Assembly: GCA_949298535.1 (NCBI GenBank)
Contig: CASFXA010000036.1
Span: 1-58,287 of the forward strand
Length of the DNA: 58,287 nucleotides
Source of the DNA: an uncultured Oscillospiraceae bacterium
GTDB lineage: Bacteria > Bacillota > Clostridia > Oscillospirales > Ruminococcaceae
Direction: 5' to 3'
Shown here: positions 34,777 through 44,880 of the stretch, in pieces
How the letters are laid out: each line of letters starts with the position of its first letter
Numbering within the stretch: position 1 is the stretch's first letter
The notes under the pieces: generated by a model
Seen by the model: the letters and a program-made list of their open reading frames with translations, nothing else
The model's database searches: none
What the model was told of the DNA's origin: nothing
Program-made: the position numbers and the translations under genes

Positions 34777-36873
34777 TTACCGCACGCTGAACAGCAGATC
34801 CCCATAGGTGGGGAAAGGCCAGTAGCTTTTTGCCGTAAGGGTTTCCGCCTGATCGCATACCTCCCGGAGGCGCTCCATGGCAGGCAGGACGGTGTCCCGG
34901 ATCAGCATGGACTCCTCCATCACCCCATCCGCCGTCTTCAGCCGGTCCAAAACCTCCTCCAGTTCCCTGGCGCCCAGGGAAGCGGCGTCGGTGAGGGCGG
35001 AGAGCTTCTCCACCAGGTCGGTCTCATAAGCACAGCTGAGGGAGGGAAGCAGCGCCTTCTTGGCGGCTGCCGAGCCAGCCACATCAGCCGCATACCGCTC
35101 CACCGCCGGGATAATCTGGGTGGAGGCCATATTCACCATGGTGTTGCCTTCGATGACCACTGTCTTGCAGTAGTTCTCCAGCATGATGTCGCACCGGGAA
35201 CGGAGCTCCTCCATGGAAAAGACGCCATGGGAGGTGAGCATCTCCACATTCTTCCGGTCCAGCAGATGAGGCATACAATCGGGGGTGGTGGGGTAGTTGA
35301 GCAGCCCCCGCTTCTGGGTCGCCTCCCGGATCCAGCTTTCGTCATAACCGTTGCCGTTAAAAATGATGTTCTTGTGGTCCCCGATGGTTTTGCGGATCAT
35401 GGCGTTGAGAGTCTGCTCAAAGTTCTCCGCCGCTTCCAGGCGGTCCGCATAGATCCGCAGGCTCTCCGCCACGGCAGCGTTGAGCATGATGTTGGCGCAG
35501 GCGATGCTGTTGGAGGATCCCAACATTCTGAACTCGAACTTGTTGCCAGTGAAAGCGAAGGGGGAGGTTCTGTTGCGGTCGGTGGCATCCCGGTTGAATT
35601 TGGGCAGCACATCCACCCCCAGGGTCATCTGGGTCTTTTCCGCGCCTTTATAGGGGGCGCCGGTCTCAATGGCTTCCAGCACAGCTCCCAGCTCATCCCC
35701 CAAAAAGATGGACACCACGGCGGGAGGCGCTTCGTTGGCCCCAAGGCGGTGATCGTTGCCAGCAGTGGCCACTGACAGCCGCAGCAGATCCTGATAATCG
35801 TCCACCGCCTTGATGACAGCGCACAAAAACAGCAGAAACTGGGCGTTTTCATAGGGGGTCTCCCCTGGAGAGAGGAGGTTTTGACCGGAGTCGGTGGCGA
35901 TGGACCAGTTGTTGTGCTTGCCGCTTCCGTTGACCCCGGCGAAGGGCTTTTCATGGAGCAGGCAGACCAAACCGTGTTTGGCGGCCACCTTCTGCATCAT
36001 CTCCATGGTCAGCTGGTTGTGGTCGGTGGCGATGTTGGCGGTGGTGTAGATGGGGGCCAGCTCATGCTGGGCGGGGGCCACCTCGTTGTGTTCCGTCTTG
36101 GCCAGAATCCCCAGCTTCCACAGCTGGTCGTTGAGGTCCTCCATGAAGGCTTCCACCCGGGGCTTGATAACGCCGAAATAGTGATCGTCCATCTCCTGGC
36201 CTTTGGGGGACCTGGCGCCGAAAAGGGTGCGCCCGGTGAAACGAAGATCGGGACGCTGGTCATACATCTCCTTGGTGATGAGGAAGTATTCCTGCTCCGG
36301 CCCCACCATGGAGCGGACGCATTTGGCGGTGTCGTTGCCGAACAGCCGCAGAATCCGCATCGCCTGACGGTTCAGGGCCTCCATGGAGCGGAGCAGAGGG
36401 GTCTTCTTGTCCAGCGCCTGGCCGCCGTAGGAGCAGAAGGCGGTGGGGATGCAGAGGGTCTTTCCTTTGATAAAGGCATAGGAGGTGGGGTCCCAGGCGG
36501 TGTAGCCCCTGGCTTCAAAGGTGGCCCGCAGGCCCCCGTTGGGGAAGGAGGAGGCGTCCGGTTCCCCTTTAATCAGCTCTTTGCCGGAAAACTCCATAAT
36601 CACGCCTCCGTCCGGGGAGGGGGAGATGAAGCTGTCATGCTTTTCGGCGGTGATGCCGGTGAGGGGCTGGAACCAATGGGTGTAATGGGTGGCCCCACGA
36701 GCCACTGCCCAGTCCTTCATGGCGATGGCCACGGCATTGGCCACGCTCAGGTCCAGAGTAGCACCCTCATCAATGGTTCTTTTCAGCGACTGATACACCG
36801 GTGCGGACAGGTTGGCTTTCATCACGCGGTCATCAAAAACCAGACTTCCAAAATATTCCGATACCATTGCCAT
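34777..36873 (-). CDS. glnN: Glutamine synthetase type III
   Basis: [38 protein letters not shown] and [18 protein letters not shown] motifs. AAAGGAG RBS before 36873. Confidence 0.95.
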   Translation of the reverse strand: MAMVSEYFGSLVFDDRVMKANLSAPVYQSLKRTIDEGATLDLSVANAVAIAMKDWAVARGATHYTHWFQPLTGITAEKHDSFISPSPDGGVIMEFSGKELIKGEPDASSFPNGGLRATFEARGYTAWDPTSYAFIKGKTLCIPTAFCSYGGQALDKKTPLLRSMEALNRQAMRILRLFGNDTAKCVRSMVGPEQEYFLITKEMYDQRPDLRFTGRTLFGARSPKGQEMDDHYFGVIKPRVEAFMEDLNDQLWKLGILAKTEHNEVAPAQHELAPIYTTANIATDHNQLTMEMMQKVAAKHGLVCLLHEKPFAGVNGSGKHNNWSIATDSGQNLLSPGETPYENAQFLLFLCAVIKAVDDYQDLLRLSVATAGNDHRLGANEAPPAVVSIFLGDELGAVLEAIETGAPYKGAEKTQMTLGVDVLPKFNRDATDRNRTSPFAFTGNKFEFRMLGSSNSIACANIMLNAAVAESLRIYADRLEAAENFEQTLNAMIRKTIGDHKNIIFNGNGYDESWIREATQKRGLLNYPTTPDCMPHLLDRKNVEMLTSHGVFSMEELRSRCDIMLENYCKTVVIEGNTMVNMASTQIIPAVERYAADVAGSAAAKKALLPSLSCAYETDLVEKLSALTDAASLGARELEEVLDRLKTADGVMEESMLIRDTVLPAMERLREVCDQAETLTAKSYWPFPTYGDLLFSVR

Positions 36874-36901
36874 CTTCAAAAACTCCTTTTCTGTCCTCTG
36901 T

Positions 36902-37043
36902 ATCCCTCCGAAAAAAAGACAAAGGCGTCCCGGGATACCATCGCCAAAGACGCCATTGCCTTTCCGGAGGGATTGGAACCATGTTTCGAATAAAGGCAAG
37001 GGCGCCTCTGAGTCCTTCCACTCAAAGACGCCCTTGCCTTTAT
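36902..37043 (-). promoter_or_regulatory. glnN leader with two tandem terminator-like hairpins, each overlapping an ANTAR-like motif
   Basis: AAAGGCAAGGGCGTCTTTG and AAAGGCAATGGCGTCTTTG each form the 5' arm of a long hairpin; the second includes a T7 run. Confidence 0.65.
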
Positions 37044-37051
37044 GGGACCGA

Positions 37052-37080
37052 ATTATACGCCCCTCCCAAAGGTTTGTCAA
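37052..37080 (-). promoter_or_regulatory. Consensus sigma-A promoter of glnN
   Basis: TTGACA-N17-TATAAT on the minus strand. Confidence 0.85.
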
Positions 37081-37353
37081 GAGGAAATTGCAGTATTTTT
37101 TCTTCTTCCTGCAAATTTTTCCAAAAAAGAAACCGTCCCCCGGAGAAAAGGCCGGATTTTCTTTCTGGAAACGCTCCATACGCTCCGGTGAGAAAGACCA
37201 TTTCATCCTCCGCGAACAAAGATCTGAGAACAACGCCCCATCCTGTTTTCTGACTTTATCAGTCAGTGTTTCCTCTGCCCCGGGGACAACGTTTCCCCCA
37301 GGGGAAGGGACCCCTTCCCTTTTTCTTTTCATCCTTGAAGGCGAAAATTTTTC

Positions 37354-37382
37354 TTGACAAAATGCAGCCTCCATTGTACAAT
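37354..37382 (+). promoter_or_regulatory. Sigma-A promoter of the glutamate synthase genes
   Basis: TTGACA-N17-TACAAT. Confidence 0.8.
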
Positions 37383-37392
37383 TCTTGCAAAT

Positions 37393-37454
37393 GAGCAAAG
37401 GCGTTCATTTCGGTCCCCAGGCGACTGGGGCTGGAATGAGCGCCTTTTTGCTTT
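37393..37454 (+). promoter_or_regulatory. Leader terminator overlapping an ANTAR-like motif
   Basis: GAGCAAAGGCGTTC...CCCCAG-GCGA-CTGGGG...GAGCGCCTTTTTGCTTT. Confidence 0.65.
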
Positions 37455-37480
37455 GATTTCGCTGAAAGGAAGACGATTCC

Positions 37481-38575
37481 ATGAAGCCAGAAGGTCAAGT
37501 GCGAATTCCATCGGGGTGCGCCATCGCCGCGGTCATTTCCCGTTCCGGCCATCCCATTTCCGGCGGTCTGGTTCCTCAGGCCATGAAGCCCATGCACGAC
37601 CGCTCCAACGGTCTGGGGGGCGGTTTCGCGGGATACGGCATCTATCGGCAATACAGGGATTTTTACGCCCTCCATCTGTTTTACGACCAGCGTTCCACCA
37701 GAAAAAGCTGTGAAAGTTTGCTGAAGGAGCGCTTTGAAATCGTCCAATCGGAGGTCATCCCCACCCGGAAAATCCCCGCCATCACCGGAGAGCCCATTAT
37801 CTGGCGCTATTTTGTCACTCCTCTCCGGTCAATACTGGCCTCCATGCAGCTGGATGAAAAGGAATTTGTGGCCCGCACCGTCATGTACATCAACGCCTGC
37901 GTGGAGGGGGCTTACGTCTTTTCCAGCGGCAAAAACATGGGGGCCTTCAAGGCGGTGGGTTTTCCGGAGGATGTGGCGGAGTTTTACCGCCTGGAGGAGT
38001 ACGAAGGCTACAGCTGGACAGCCCATGGCCGCTATCCCACCAACACCCCCGGCTGGTGGGGCGGAGCCCATCCCTTCACCCTGCTGGATTACTCGGTGGT
38101 CCACAACGGGGAAATCTCCTCCTATGACGCCAACCGGCGGTTTATGGAGATGTTCGGCTATCAGTGTTCCCTCCAAACCGATACCGAAGTCATCACTTAC
38201 ATTTTGGACTACCTGACCCGGGTTCAGGGCCTTACCCTGGAGGAGGCCGCCAGCGTTATCGCCGCCCCCTTCTGGAACACCATTGAAAGCAAACCTGACC
38301 AGGAGGAGCGGGAAAAGCAGCTCTGTCTCCGGGCTCTTTTTTCCAGCCTGCTGATTACCGGCCCCTTTTCCATCGTATTGGGCTTCACAGGAGGGCTGAT
38401 GGCCCTCAATGACCGGCTGAAACTCCGCTCCATGGTGGTAGGGGAAAAGGGGGACCGGGTCTATATCGCCAGCGAAGAAGCGGCCATCCGGGCCATGGAG
38501 CCGGAGGCGGAAAACATCTGGGCCCCCGCGGGAGGGGAACCGGTAATCATTCGGGTAAAGGACGGTGGATACTGA
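37481..38575 (+). CDS. Class II glutamine amidotransferase, stand-alone glutamate synthase domain 1 (GltB1)
   Basis: SGCAI, RSNGLGGG, AHGRYPTN, HNGEISSY, TDTEV and DRLKLR motifs. Confidence 0.92.
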   Translation: MKPEGQVRIPSGCAIAAVISRSGHPISGGLVPQAMKPMHDRSNGLGGGFAGYGIYRQYRDFYALHLFYDQRSTRKSCESLLKERFEIVQSEVIPTRKIPAITGEPIIWRYFVTPLRSILASMQLDEKEFVARTVMYINACVEGAYVFSSGKNMGAFKAVGFPEDVAEFYRLEEYEGYSWTAHGRYPTNTPGWWGGAHPFTLLDYSVVHNGEISSYDANRRFMEMFGYQCSLQTDTEVITYILDYLTRVQGLTLEEAASVIAAPFWNTIESKPDQEEREKQLCLRALFSSLLITGPFSIVLGFTGGLMALNDRLKLRSMVVGEKGDRVYIASEEAAIRAMEPEAENIWAPAGGEPVIIRVKDGGY

Positions 38576-40080
38576 TGGGAATGGACGATCTCACCCCTGA
38601 ATTTGAGGTGATCCGGAATCCGGACCGCTGCACCAACTGCCGCGTCTGTGAAAAGCAGTGCGCCAACGGGGTACATCGCTTTGACCCCCGGCGGGGCAGG
38701 ATGACAAGCGACGAAAGAGCCTGTGTCGATTGCCAGCGATGCGTCTCCTTCTGTCCCGCCAGAGCGCTGAAGATTGTGGAAAACCCCTGCACCCTGCGGA
38801 AAAATGCCAACTGGCAAGGAGACACCATACGGGAAATCTACAAGCAGGCCGGCAGCGGCGGCGTTCTCCTTTCCTCCATGGGGAGCCCCAAAAATCTGCC
38901 GGTATACTGGGACCGGCTGCTTCTCAACGCCTCTCAGGTGACCAATCCCTCCATTGATCCCCTCCGGGAACCCATGGAAACCCGGGTGTTTCTGGGGAAA
39001 AAGCCGGAGCGGGTCCGGCGGGATGAAACAGGCCGGCTGGACTGCCGGCTGCCGCCCCAGCTGCAGCTGTCCATGCCGGTGATGTTCTCCGCCATGAGCT
39101 ACGGCTCCATCAGTTACAACGCCCACGCCTCCCTGGCCCAGGCAGCTTCCCGGCTGGGGATCCTGTACAACACCGGCGAGGGGGGGCTCCATGAGGATTT
39201 TTATCCCTACGGCCCCAACACCATCGTTCAGGTGGCTTCGGGGCGGTTCGGCGTCCATCAGCGCTATCTGGAAGCCGGGGCCGCCATTGAAATCAAAATG
39301 GGACAGGGGGCAAAACCGGGCATCGGCGGCCATCTGCCGGGGACCAAAATTGTGGGGGATGTCTCCCGCACCCGGATGATCCCCGAAGGCTCCGACGCCA
39401 TCTCCCCCGCCCCCCATCACGACATCTATTCCATCGAGGACCTGCGCCAGCTGGTCTTTTCCCTCAAGGAGGCCACCAGGTACCAAAAACCGGTGCTGGT
39501 GAAGGTGGCGGCGGTCCACAACATCGCCGCCATCGCCAGCGGCATCGCCCGCAGCGGCGCCGACATCATCGCCATCGACGGCTTCCGGGGCGGCACCGGA
39601 GCCGCCCCCACCCGGATCCGGGACCATGTGGGCATCCCCATTGAGCTGGCCCTGGCCGCCGTGGATCAGCGGCTGCGGGAGGAAGGAATCCGGGGGCAGG
39701 TCTCCCTGGTGGCGGGGGGCAGCATCCGCAGCGCCGCCGATGTGGTCAAAGCGGTGGCCCTGGGGGCGGACGCCTGCTACATCGGCACCGCCGCCCTGCT
39801 GGCCATGGGCTGCCACCTCTGCCGCAGCTGCCAGCGGGGGCTCTGTAACTGGGGCATCGCCACCCAACGGCCGGATCTGGTGGCCCGTCTGGATCCTCAA
39901 GAGGGCAGCCGCAGGCTGGTGAATCTGATGACCGCCTGGCGCCACGAAATCATGGAACTGATGGGAGGCATGGGCATCAACTCCATCGAGGCCCTTCGGG
40001 GCAATCGCCTGATGCTCCGGGGATTGGGACTGACGGACCGGGAGCTGTCGGTGCTGGGTGTGGCCCACGCCGGAGAATGA
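38575..40080 (+). CDS. FMN-binding glutamate synthase domain 2 (GltB2) with N-terminal 2x[4Fe-4S] ferredoxin
   Basis: Two CxxCxxCxxxC motifs, AMSYGS, NTGEGG, QVASGRFG, QGAKPGIGGHLPG, SPAPHHDIYSIEDL and the [3Fe-4S] motif CHLCRSCQRGLC. Confidence 0.94.
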   Translation: MGMDDLTPEFEVIRNPDRCTNCRVCEKQCANGVHRFDPRRGRMTSDERACVDCQRCVSFCPARALKIVENPCTLRKNANWQGDTIREIYKQAGSGGVLLSSMGSPKNLPVYWDRLLLNASQVTNPSIDPLREPMETRVFLGKKPERVRRDETGRLDCRLPPQLQLSMPVMFSAMSYGSISYNAHASLAQAASRLGILYNTGEGGLHEDFYPYGPNTIVQVASGRFGVHQRYLEAGAAIEIKMGQGAKPGIGGHLPGTKIVGDVSRTRMIPEGSDAISPAPHHDIYSIEDLRQLVFSLKEATRYQKPVLVKVAAVHNIAAIASGIARSGADIIAIDGFRGGTGAAPTRIRDHVGIPIELALAAVDQRLREEGIRGQVSLVAGGSIRSAADVVKAVALGADACYIGTAALLAMGCHLCRSCQRGLCNWGIATQRPDLVARLDPQEGSRRLVNLMTAWRHEIMELMGGMGINSIEALRGNRLMLRGLGLTDRELSVLGVAHAGE

Positions 40081-40407
40081 TTCCTCCCAGGGAAGTTTTC
40101 TCCCTCAGCGACAGGTCTCCTTCCCGGTTTGTCGGGGAAGGGCCATCCTCAGGCTCTCTGGCGCCGGAGCCGAAACCGCGCGCGTATTCCCCCGGAGGGA
40201 CGAAAAACCACCGGTTCAGACCGTCTCCAAGGGCTTGCAGCCTGGAGCGGTCCTCCCCCTGTCCGGGGCCCGGCAGGTCTGCCTGTTTTTTCTTTTTTCC
40301 GTCCCCTGTCCGTTTTGAACAAATGGCGGGGAGCCGCCTGCTTTTTTCGGCGGCTCCCCTTTCTGCAACAGGAATTTTGTGACTCCAACAAGGGAGAGGT
40401 GTAAGAA

Positions 40408-41133
40408 ATGATGACGGTTATGGACGTCAGCGGACTGGATCACCGGTCCCTCAATGAAAAACTGCGGGAGGCGGAAGGTTCCGTCACCCTGTCCGGCTGC
40501 CGCGGGCAGCGGTTTATTGCCGCCGGAATGGACCGCTTGCAGCTGACCATCCATGGAGTCCCCGGCAACGCCCTGGGGGCCTATCTCAACGGCGCCTCCA
40601 TCACCGTTCGGGGCAACGCCCAGGACGCGGTGGGGGATACCATGAACGACGGCAGCATTGTGGTCCACGGCAGCATCGGCGACGCCGCCGGCTATGCCAT
40701 GCGGGGCGGGCGGATCTATGTTCGGGGGGACGCCGGCTACCGGGCGGGGATCCACATGAAGGCCTATCAGAATAAGATCCCCCTACTGATTATCGGCGGC
40801 TGCGCCGGCAGCTTTTTGGGGGAATATCAAGCCGGCGGGATCATTGTGGTGCTGGGGCTGGAACGAAAGGGCAGACGGATTGTGGGCAACTTCCCCTGCA
40901 CCGGGATGCACGGGGGCAAAATGTTTCTTCGCTGCGCCCCGGAGGAAGCGTCTTTCCCCAGCCAGGTGACCGCCTCTGTCGCCTCAGCGGAGGATTTGAA
41001 GTTCCTGGAGGATTGTCTCCGCCCCTACTGCGCCGCCTTTGACCTTCCCCTCAAACAGGTGATGGACGGGCCCTTCACCCTGGTCGCCCCCTGCAGCAGC
41101 AATCCCTACCGGCAGATGTATGTGATGAACTGA
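40408..41133 (+). CDS. Glutamate synthase domain 3 (GXGXG beta-helix, GltB3)
   Basis: GQRFI, GNAQDAVGDTM, GDAGYRAGIHMK and GEYQAGG motifs. Confidence 0.92.
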   Translation: MMTVMDVSGLDHRSLNEKLREAEGSVTLSGCRGQRFIAAGMDRLQLTIHGVPGNALGAYLNGASITVRGNAQDAVGDTMNDGSIVVHGSIGDAAGYAMRGGRIYVRGDAGYRAGIHMKAYQNKIPLLIIGGCAGSFLGEYQAGGIIVVLGLERKGRRIVGNFPCTGMHGGKMFLRCAPEEASFPSQVTASVASAEDLKFLEDCLRPYCAAFDLPLKQVMDGPFTLVAPCSSNPYRQMYVMN

Positions 41134-41346
41134 TTGTCCCCCTCCGCCGCCTTCAAAAGCGCCTTCTCTTCAGGTTTGCCGCATTCTTTGGGCATGACCG
41201 CCGCAGCGGGATCAAAGCCTGCGCCAAAGGCCCTGGCTGTCAAAGGACCCCGGCCCAAACCAGCGGAATGGACCGGGGCAATGGCGACACCATCCCAACA
41301 AAAGAGGGGAAATCCCGCAACGCCGGAAAACAGCGGCGGCAAATCC

Positions 41347-41526
41347 TCACCTGTCCTCCCTATGGCAATGACAGCCGTGGGAGGATTTTTTTCCCTTTCC
41401 GTGACCGCAGCAGCCTTCCACCGGACAGCCGATACACTTGACCCCGCTTTTTTTGGCTTTGATCACATATCTGGCCGCCGCGGCCACAAGGACTAAAATC
41501 ACTGCAATGACCATCACATCCGTCAT
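41347..41526 (-). CDS. FeoB-associated Cys-rich membrane protein (59 aa; missed by the ORF track)
   Basis: Manual translation MTDVMVIAVILVLVAAAARYVIKAKKSGVKCIGCPVEGCCGHGKGKKSSHGCHCHREDR; GGGAGG RBS; follows feoB. Confidence 0.85.
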   Translation of the reverse strand: MTDVMVIAVILVLVAAAARYVIKAKKSGVKCIGCPVEGCCGHGKGKKSSHGCHCHREDR

Positions 41527-41642
41527 GGCTTTTCCCTCCCTTGCGGAAAATTATCTCACAAAGAGGCTCCCTCCCGGGGGAGATTGTTCCCTCCCCCGGG
41601 AGAGCCCCGGAACGCCCCCTGTTCCTTCAGGGGAGCGGAATT

Positions 41643-43652
41643 TTATTTTGCGCTGCCGCTGAGGGCATATTCCGCCGCCAGGCCAGCGTCAGTGCGCTTA
41701 ATGAGGTACACCACGATGCCTGCCATGGCCGCTACGGCAATCAGCCCGGGAACAAAGGCGACGCCCAGGGAGCCGGTGGTGATCAGCGTGCCGATCTGGT
41801 AAACCAGGAAAGCCACGGTGTAGCCTGTGCCAAGCTGGAGGCAGATCCCTCCCAGCAGCCATTTTTTATCCTTGATCTCGGAGTTCATGGCGCCAATGGC
41901 TGCAAAGCAGGGGGGCGTAAAGAGGTTGAACATCAGATAGGCCAGGGCCGCCACCGAGGAGATATTGAAGATCGCCGCCACCTGATCGGCTCCATGGACC
42001 AGCACCAGCTCATCCACATCGATAAAGTTGGTGATGCCATATACCACCGCCAGGGTGCCCACCACGTTCTCCTTGGCGATAAATCCGGTGACCGCAGCGG
42101 CAGCCAGCTGCCAGACGCCAAAGCCCAGAGGAATCAGCAGAATGGCGAAGGGAGAAGCGATGGAGGCCAGGATGGAGGTGCTTTCCTGCCCTTCCTCCAC
42201 CAGCTGGAAGCTCCAGTTGAAGCTCTGCATGATCTGGACCGCGGTGTTGCACAGCAGGATGATGGTGCCGGCCTTGACGATATAGGCCCAGCCCCGGGAA
42301 CACATGGACAGGAAAGCCCGCTTGAGGCTGGGGATCTTGTATTCAGGCAGCTCGATGATAAAGAAGGATTTCCGGTTCTTGTAGCCGGCGATTTTGTTGA
42401 CCAGCAGCGCCCCCAGGAAGATCAGGCCGATGCCCACAAAATACATCATGGTGCCCACCCAGGGGGAATCGGAGAAGAATACGCCGGCGAACAGGGCAAT
42501 CACCGGCAGCTTGGCGCCGCAGGGCATGAAGGGGGAAAGCATGGCGGTGGCTTTCCGCTCCCGCTCGTTGCGGATGGTGCGGCAGGCCATGATGCCGGGA
42601 ATGGCGCAGCCGGTGGTGATGACGAAGGGGATCACCGATTTGCCGGAGAGGCCCACCTTCTTGAAAATGGGGTCCAGCACCACGCTCACCCGGGCCATAT
42701 AGCCGCAGTCCTCCAACAGGGAGATGAGGAAGTACATCACCATCACCAGAGGCAGGAAGCCTACCACAGCTCCCACGCCGCCGATGATCCCTTCCACCAG
42801 GAGGGCCTGAAGAAGGGGGGAACTGTTTTCCACCATGCCCCCCACCAGCTCCTGGAAGCTTTCAATCCAGCCGGCCAGAACGTCGGCGATCATGGGGCCC
42901 AGGCTGGCCTGGGAGATATCGAAGACGAAGAACATCACCACGGCGAAGATGGGGATTCCCAGCCACTTGTTGGTGAGAATTTGGTCGATCCGATCCTGGG
43001 TATTTTTCTCCCGGGTCAGCACCTTCCGCTTTTCCACCCGGGCGACGATACCGTCCACAAATTCAAAGCGCTTGCGGTCGGCGGCCTCCACCTCCGCCTT
43101 GCTGCTCAGGGAGATGTCGCCCTGATGATAAGGCGCTTTCTGTCCCTTTCCACAGAGGGAAGCGGCCATCTTCACCGCCTCGGACAAACCGTTTCCGCTG
43201 GCCGCAGAGGTGGAAACGGTGGCGACCACCGGGCAGCCCAGCTCCGCGGACAAGGCTTCCTTGTCGATTTCGGTGCCTTTTTTCTCATTGAGGTCGCTCT
43301 TGTTCAGGGCCACCACCACAGGGATCCCCAGCTCCAGCAGCTGGGTGGTGAAAAACAGGCTGCGGCTGAGATTGGTGGCGTCCACGATGTTGATAATGGC
43401 GTCGGGATGCTCATGGCGCACATAGCTGCTGGTGATGCTCTCCTCCGAGGTGAAGGGGGACATGGAGTAAGCGCCAGGCAGGTCCACGGCAATCAGTTCC
43501 TCCGCGCCGCTATAAAAGTTCTTTTTGATGGGGCTTTCCTTCTTTTCCACAGTGACGCCCGCCCAGTTGCCAATTCGCTCGTTCCTGCCGGTGAGCGCAT
43601 TGTACATGGTGGTCTTCCCGCTGTTGGGATTGCCCGTCAAGGCGATTCTCAT
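41643..43652 (-). CDS. feoB: Ferrous iron transporter B
   Basis: GNPNSGKT, NWAGVTVE, DLPGAYS, NKSD, EDCGYMAR, PFMPCGAKL and ELPEY motifs. GAGGAGG RBS before 43652. Confidence 0.97.
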   Translation of the reverse strand: MRIALTGNPNSGKTTMYNALTGRNERIGNWAGVTVEKKESPIKKNFYSGAEELIAVDLPGAYSMSPFTSEESITSSYVRHEHPDAIINIVDATNLSRSLFFTTQLLELGIPVVVALNKSDLNEKKGTEIDKEALSAELGCPVVATVSTSAASGNGLSEAVKMAASLCGKGQKAPYHQGDISLSSKAEVEAADRKRFEFVDGIVARVEKRKVLTREKNTQDRIDQILTNKWLGIPIFAVVMFFVFDISQASLGPMIADVLAGWIESFQELVGGMVENSSPLLQALLVEGIIGGVGAVVGFLPLVMVMYFLISLLEDCGYMARVSVVLDPIFKKVGLSGKSVIPFVITTGCAIPGIMACRTIRNERERKATAMLSPFMPCGAKLPVIALFAGVFFSDSPWVGTMMYFVGIGLIFLGALLVNKIAGYKNRKSFFIIELPEYKIPSLKRAFLSMCSRGWAYIVKAGTIILLCNTAVQIMQSFNWSFQLVEEGQESTSILASIASPFAILLIPLGFGVWQLAAAAVTGFIAKENVVGTLAVVYGITNFIDVDELVLVHGADQVAAIFNISSVAALAYLMFNLFTPPCFAAIGAMNSEIKDKKWLLGGICLQLGTGYTVAFLVYQIGTLITTGSLGVAFVPGLIAVAAMAGIVVYLIKRTDAGLAAEYALSGSAK

Positions 43653-43709
43653 GATTGTTTCCTCCTCGTTGTGCATTTGAAGCAGAGGCCGGTAGGGCCT
43701 GGCTCATCA

Positions 43710-43725
43710 GTTAGCATACGCTAAT
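43710..43725. promoter_or_regulatory. Putative DtxR/MntR-family metal-regulator box upstream of feoB
   Basis: GTTAGCATACGCTAAT palindrome; the same motif occurs twice upstream of feoA. Confidence 0.6.
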
Positions 43726-43769
43726 CATCCGGCAAAAAAAAGCAGCTTCCATCAGCTACCCTGATCTTC

Positions 43770-43982
43770 TCAGATCAAGATAGCCGCAGCCAGCTGATTA
43801 TCGATGTTATAGCGTCCATCCTTGATGGAAACCACACAGCCGCCCTTTAAATGGGAAATTACGGTGATGGGCTCCCCGCTGTAACACCCCAGTGAGAACA
43901 AAAAAGCATCCAGCTCCTCATCCTCCGTCTCAATCTGACGGATGATATACTCTTTGCCTTCCTGTGCCTGTGTCAAATTCAT
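43770..43982 (-). CDS. feoA: Ferrous iron transport protein A
   Basis: 70-aa SH3-like FeoA (FLFSLGCYSGEPI...A..I) upstream of feoB; AAGGAGG RBS. Confidence 0.92.
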   Translation of the reverse strand: MNLTQAQEGKEYIIRQIETEDEELDAFLFSLGCYSGEPITVISHLKGGCVVSIKDGRYNIDNQLAAAILI

Positions 43983-44005
43983 TCAGGTTCCTCCTTCCGC
44001 CGAAG

Positions 44006-44058
44006 GTTAGCTACATCTAACTCCACTACAATATAGCACCGGCTAACTCCTTTGTCAA
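44006..44058 (-). promoter_or_regulatory. feoAB promoter with two overlapping DtxR-like boxes
   Basis: TTGACA-N17-TATATT on the minus strand, with GTTAGCTACATCTAAC (44006-44021) and ATAGCACCGGCTAAC (44033-44047). Confidence 0.7.
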
Positions 44059-44365
44059 TCGGTTTTCAAAATTTTTTCTCCGGAAGGAAAATTCTTTTTT
44101 GTTCCCCCGCCGATTTTCAGGCCGCCGTCCGCCTTTCCCAACACAGCTGACCATAAAACTTAAACTGGTCTCTCCCTGAGGCTCCGGGAACAATTCAGCC
44201 CCCCTTTTCCTGGTAAAGACGCCGTCCGGCAGCCCTTGCCCGAAAAAAAAGAGTCTGCCCTTTGACCGATCTCACCCTGGATGGATGGTTTTTCTTTCTG
44301 AAGGGTAAGGCGCAGCCCCGGCTTTCTTCCTGTCGGGAGCTGCGCCCTGACCGGGCTCTTCCCGT

Positions 44366-44605
44366 TTATTTCAGATAGTCGCCCACCGGGCTTTGATTGT
44401 ATTGCTTGATTATTTTTATCATCACTGAGCCGTCCGGCAGAGTTTTCTCTTCCAGAATTTTATATTGGGTTTTGCTGCGGTCCAGTTGTTTTTTATAATG
44501 ATCCGCTTCCTCCCGGACCGCCTTCGCGCCGTAAACCGGATCCACTCCCTCTTTCAGCTGAAAATGCAGAATTTGACAGATACACGCCGATTGAATCCGT
44601 TTCAT
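44366..44605 (-). CDS. Small conserved-looking hypothetical protein
   Basis: 79 aa with AAAGGAG RBS and protein-like composition (ACICQILHF...DGSVMIKIIKQYN). Confidence 0.75.
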   Translation of the reverse strand: MKRIQSACICQILHFQLKEGVDPVYGAKAVREEADHYKKQLDRSKTQYKILEEKTLPDGSVMIKIIKQYNQSPVGDYLK

Positions 44606-44851
44606 TTTTATACTCCTTTCCGTTGTGCCCCAGAAATAAAAAATATGCGGCTGTCAACTGGATTTACGCCCATGACAGCCACACGTTTCAATCTTATTAT
44701 AGCGAAAAATTCCCCCCTTTTTCAAAGGGAGTTTTCAACAAATTTTTCCGCCCGTTGAACGGGGGACGGGAAAGCAATTTGCCTGTCCATCCCGGATTTG
44801 AAGCCTTGATAAATGGGGGTGGAAAACCAAGGAAGCTCCGGGTTGGTCTTG

Positions 44852-44880
44852 TTTACCGCAAATCCAAAATATGGTATAAT
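44852..44880 (+). promoter_or_regulatory. Putative sigma-A promoter of the lipoprotein gene
   Basis: TTTACC-N17-TATAAT with an extended TG. Confidence 0.6.

Noticed and set aside
32585-34807. Long antisense ORF over asnB; similar ones lie over feoB (41541-43724), fhs (50834-52606) and rimO (55978-57426)
   Set aside because: Shadow frames of conserved housekeeping genes.
36874-37398. N-terminal extension of glnN in the ORF track
   Set aside because: It spans the promoter and attenuator region; the RBS supports a start at 36873.
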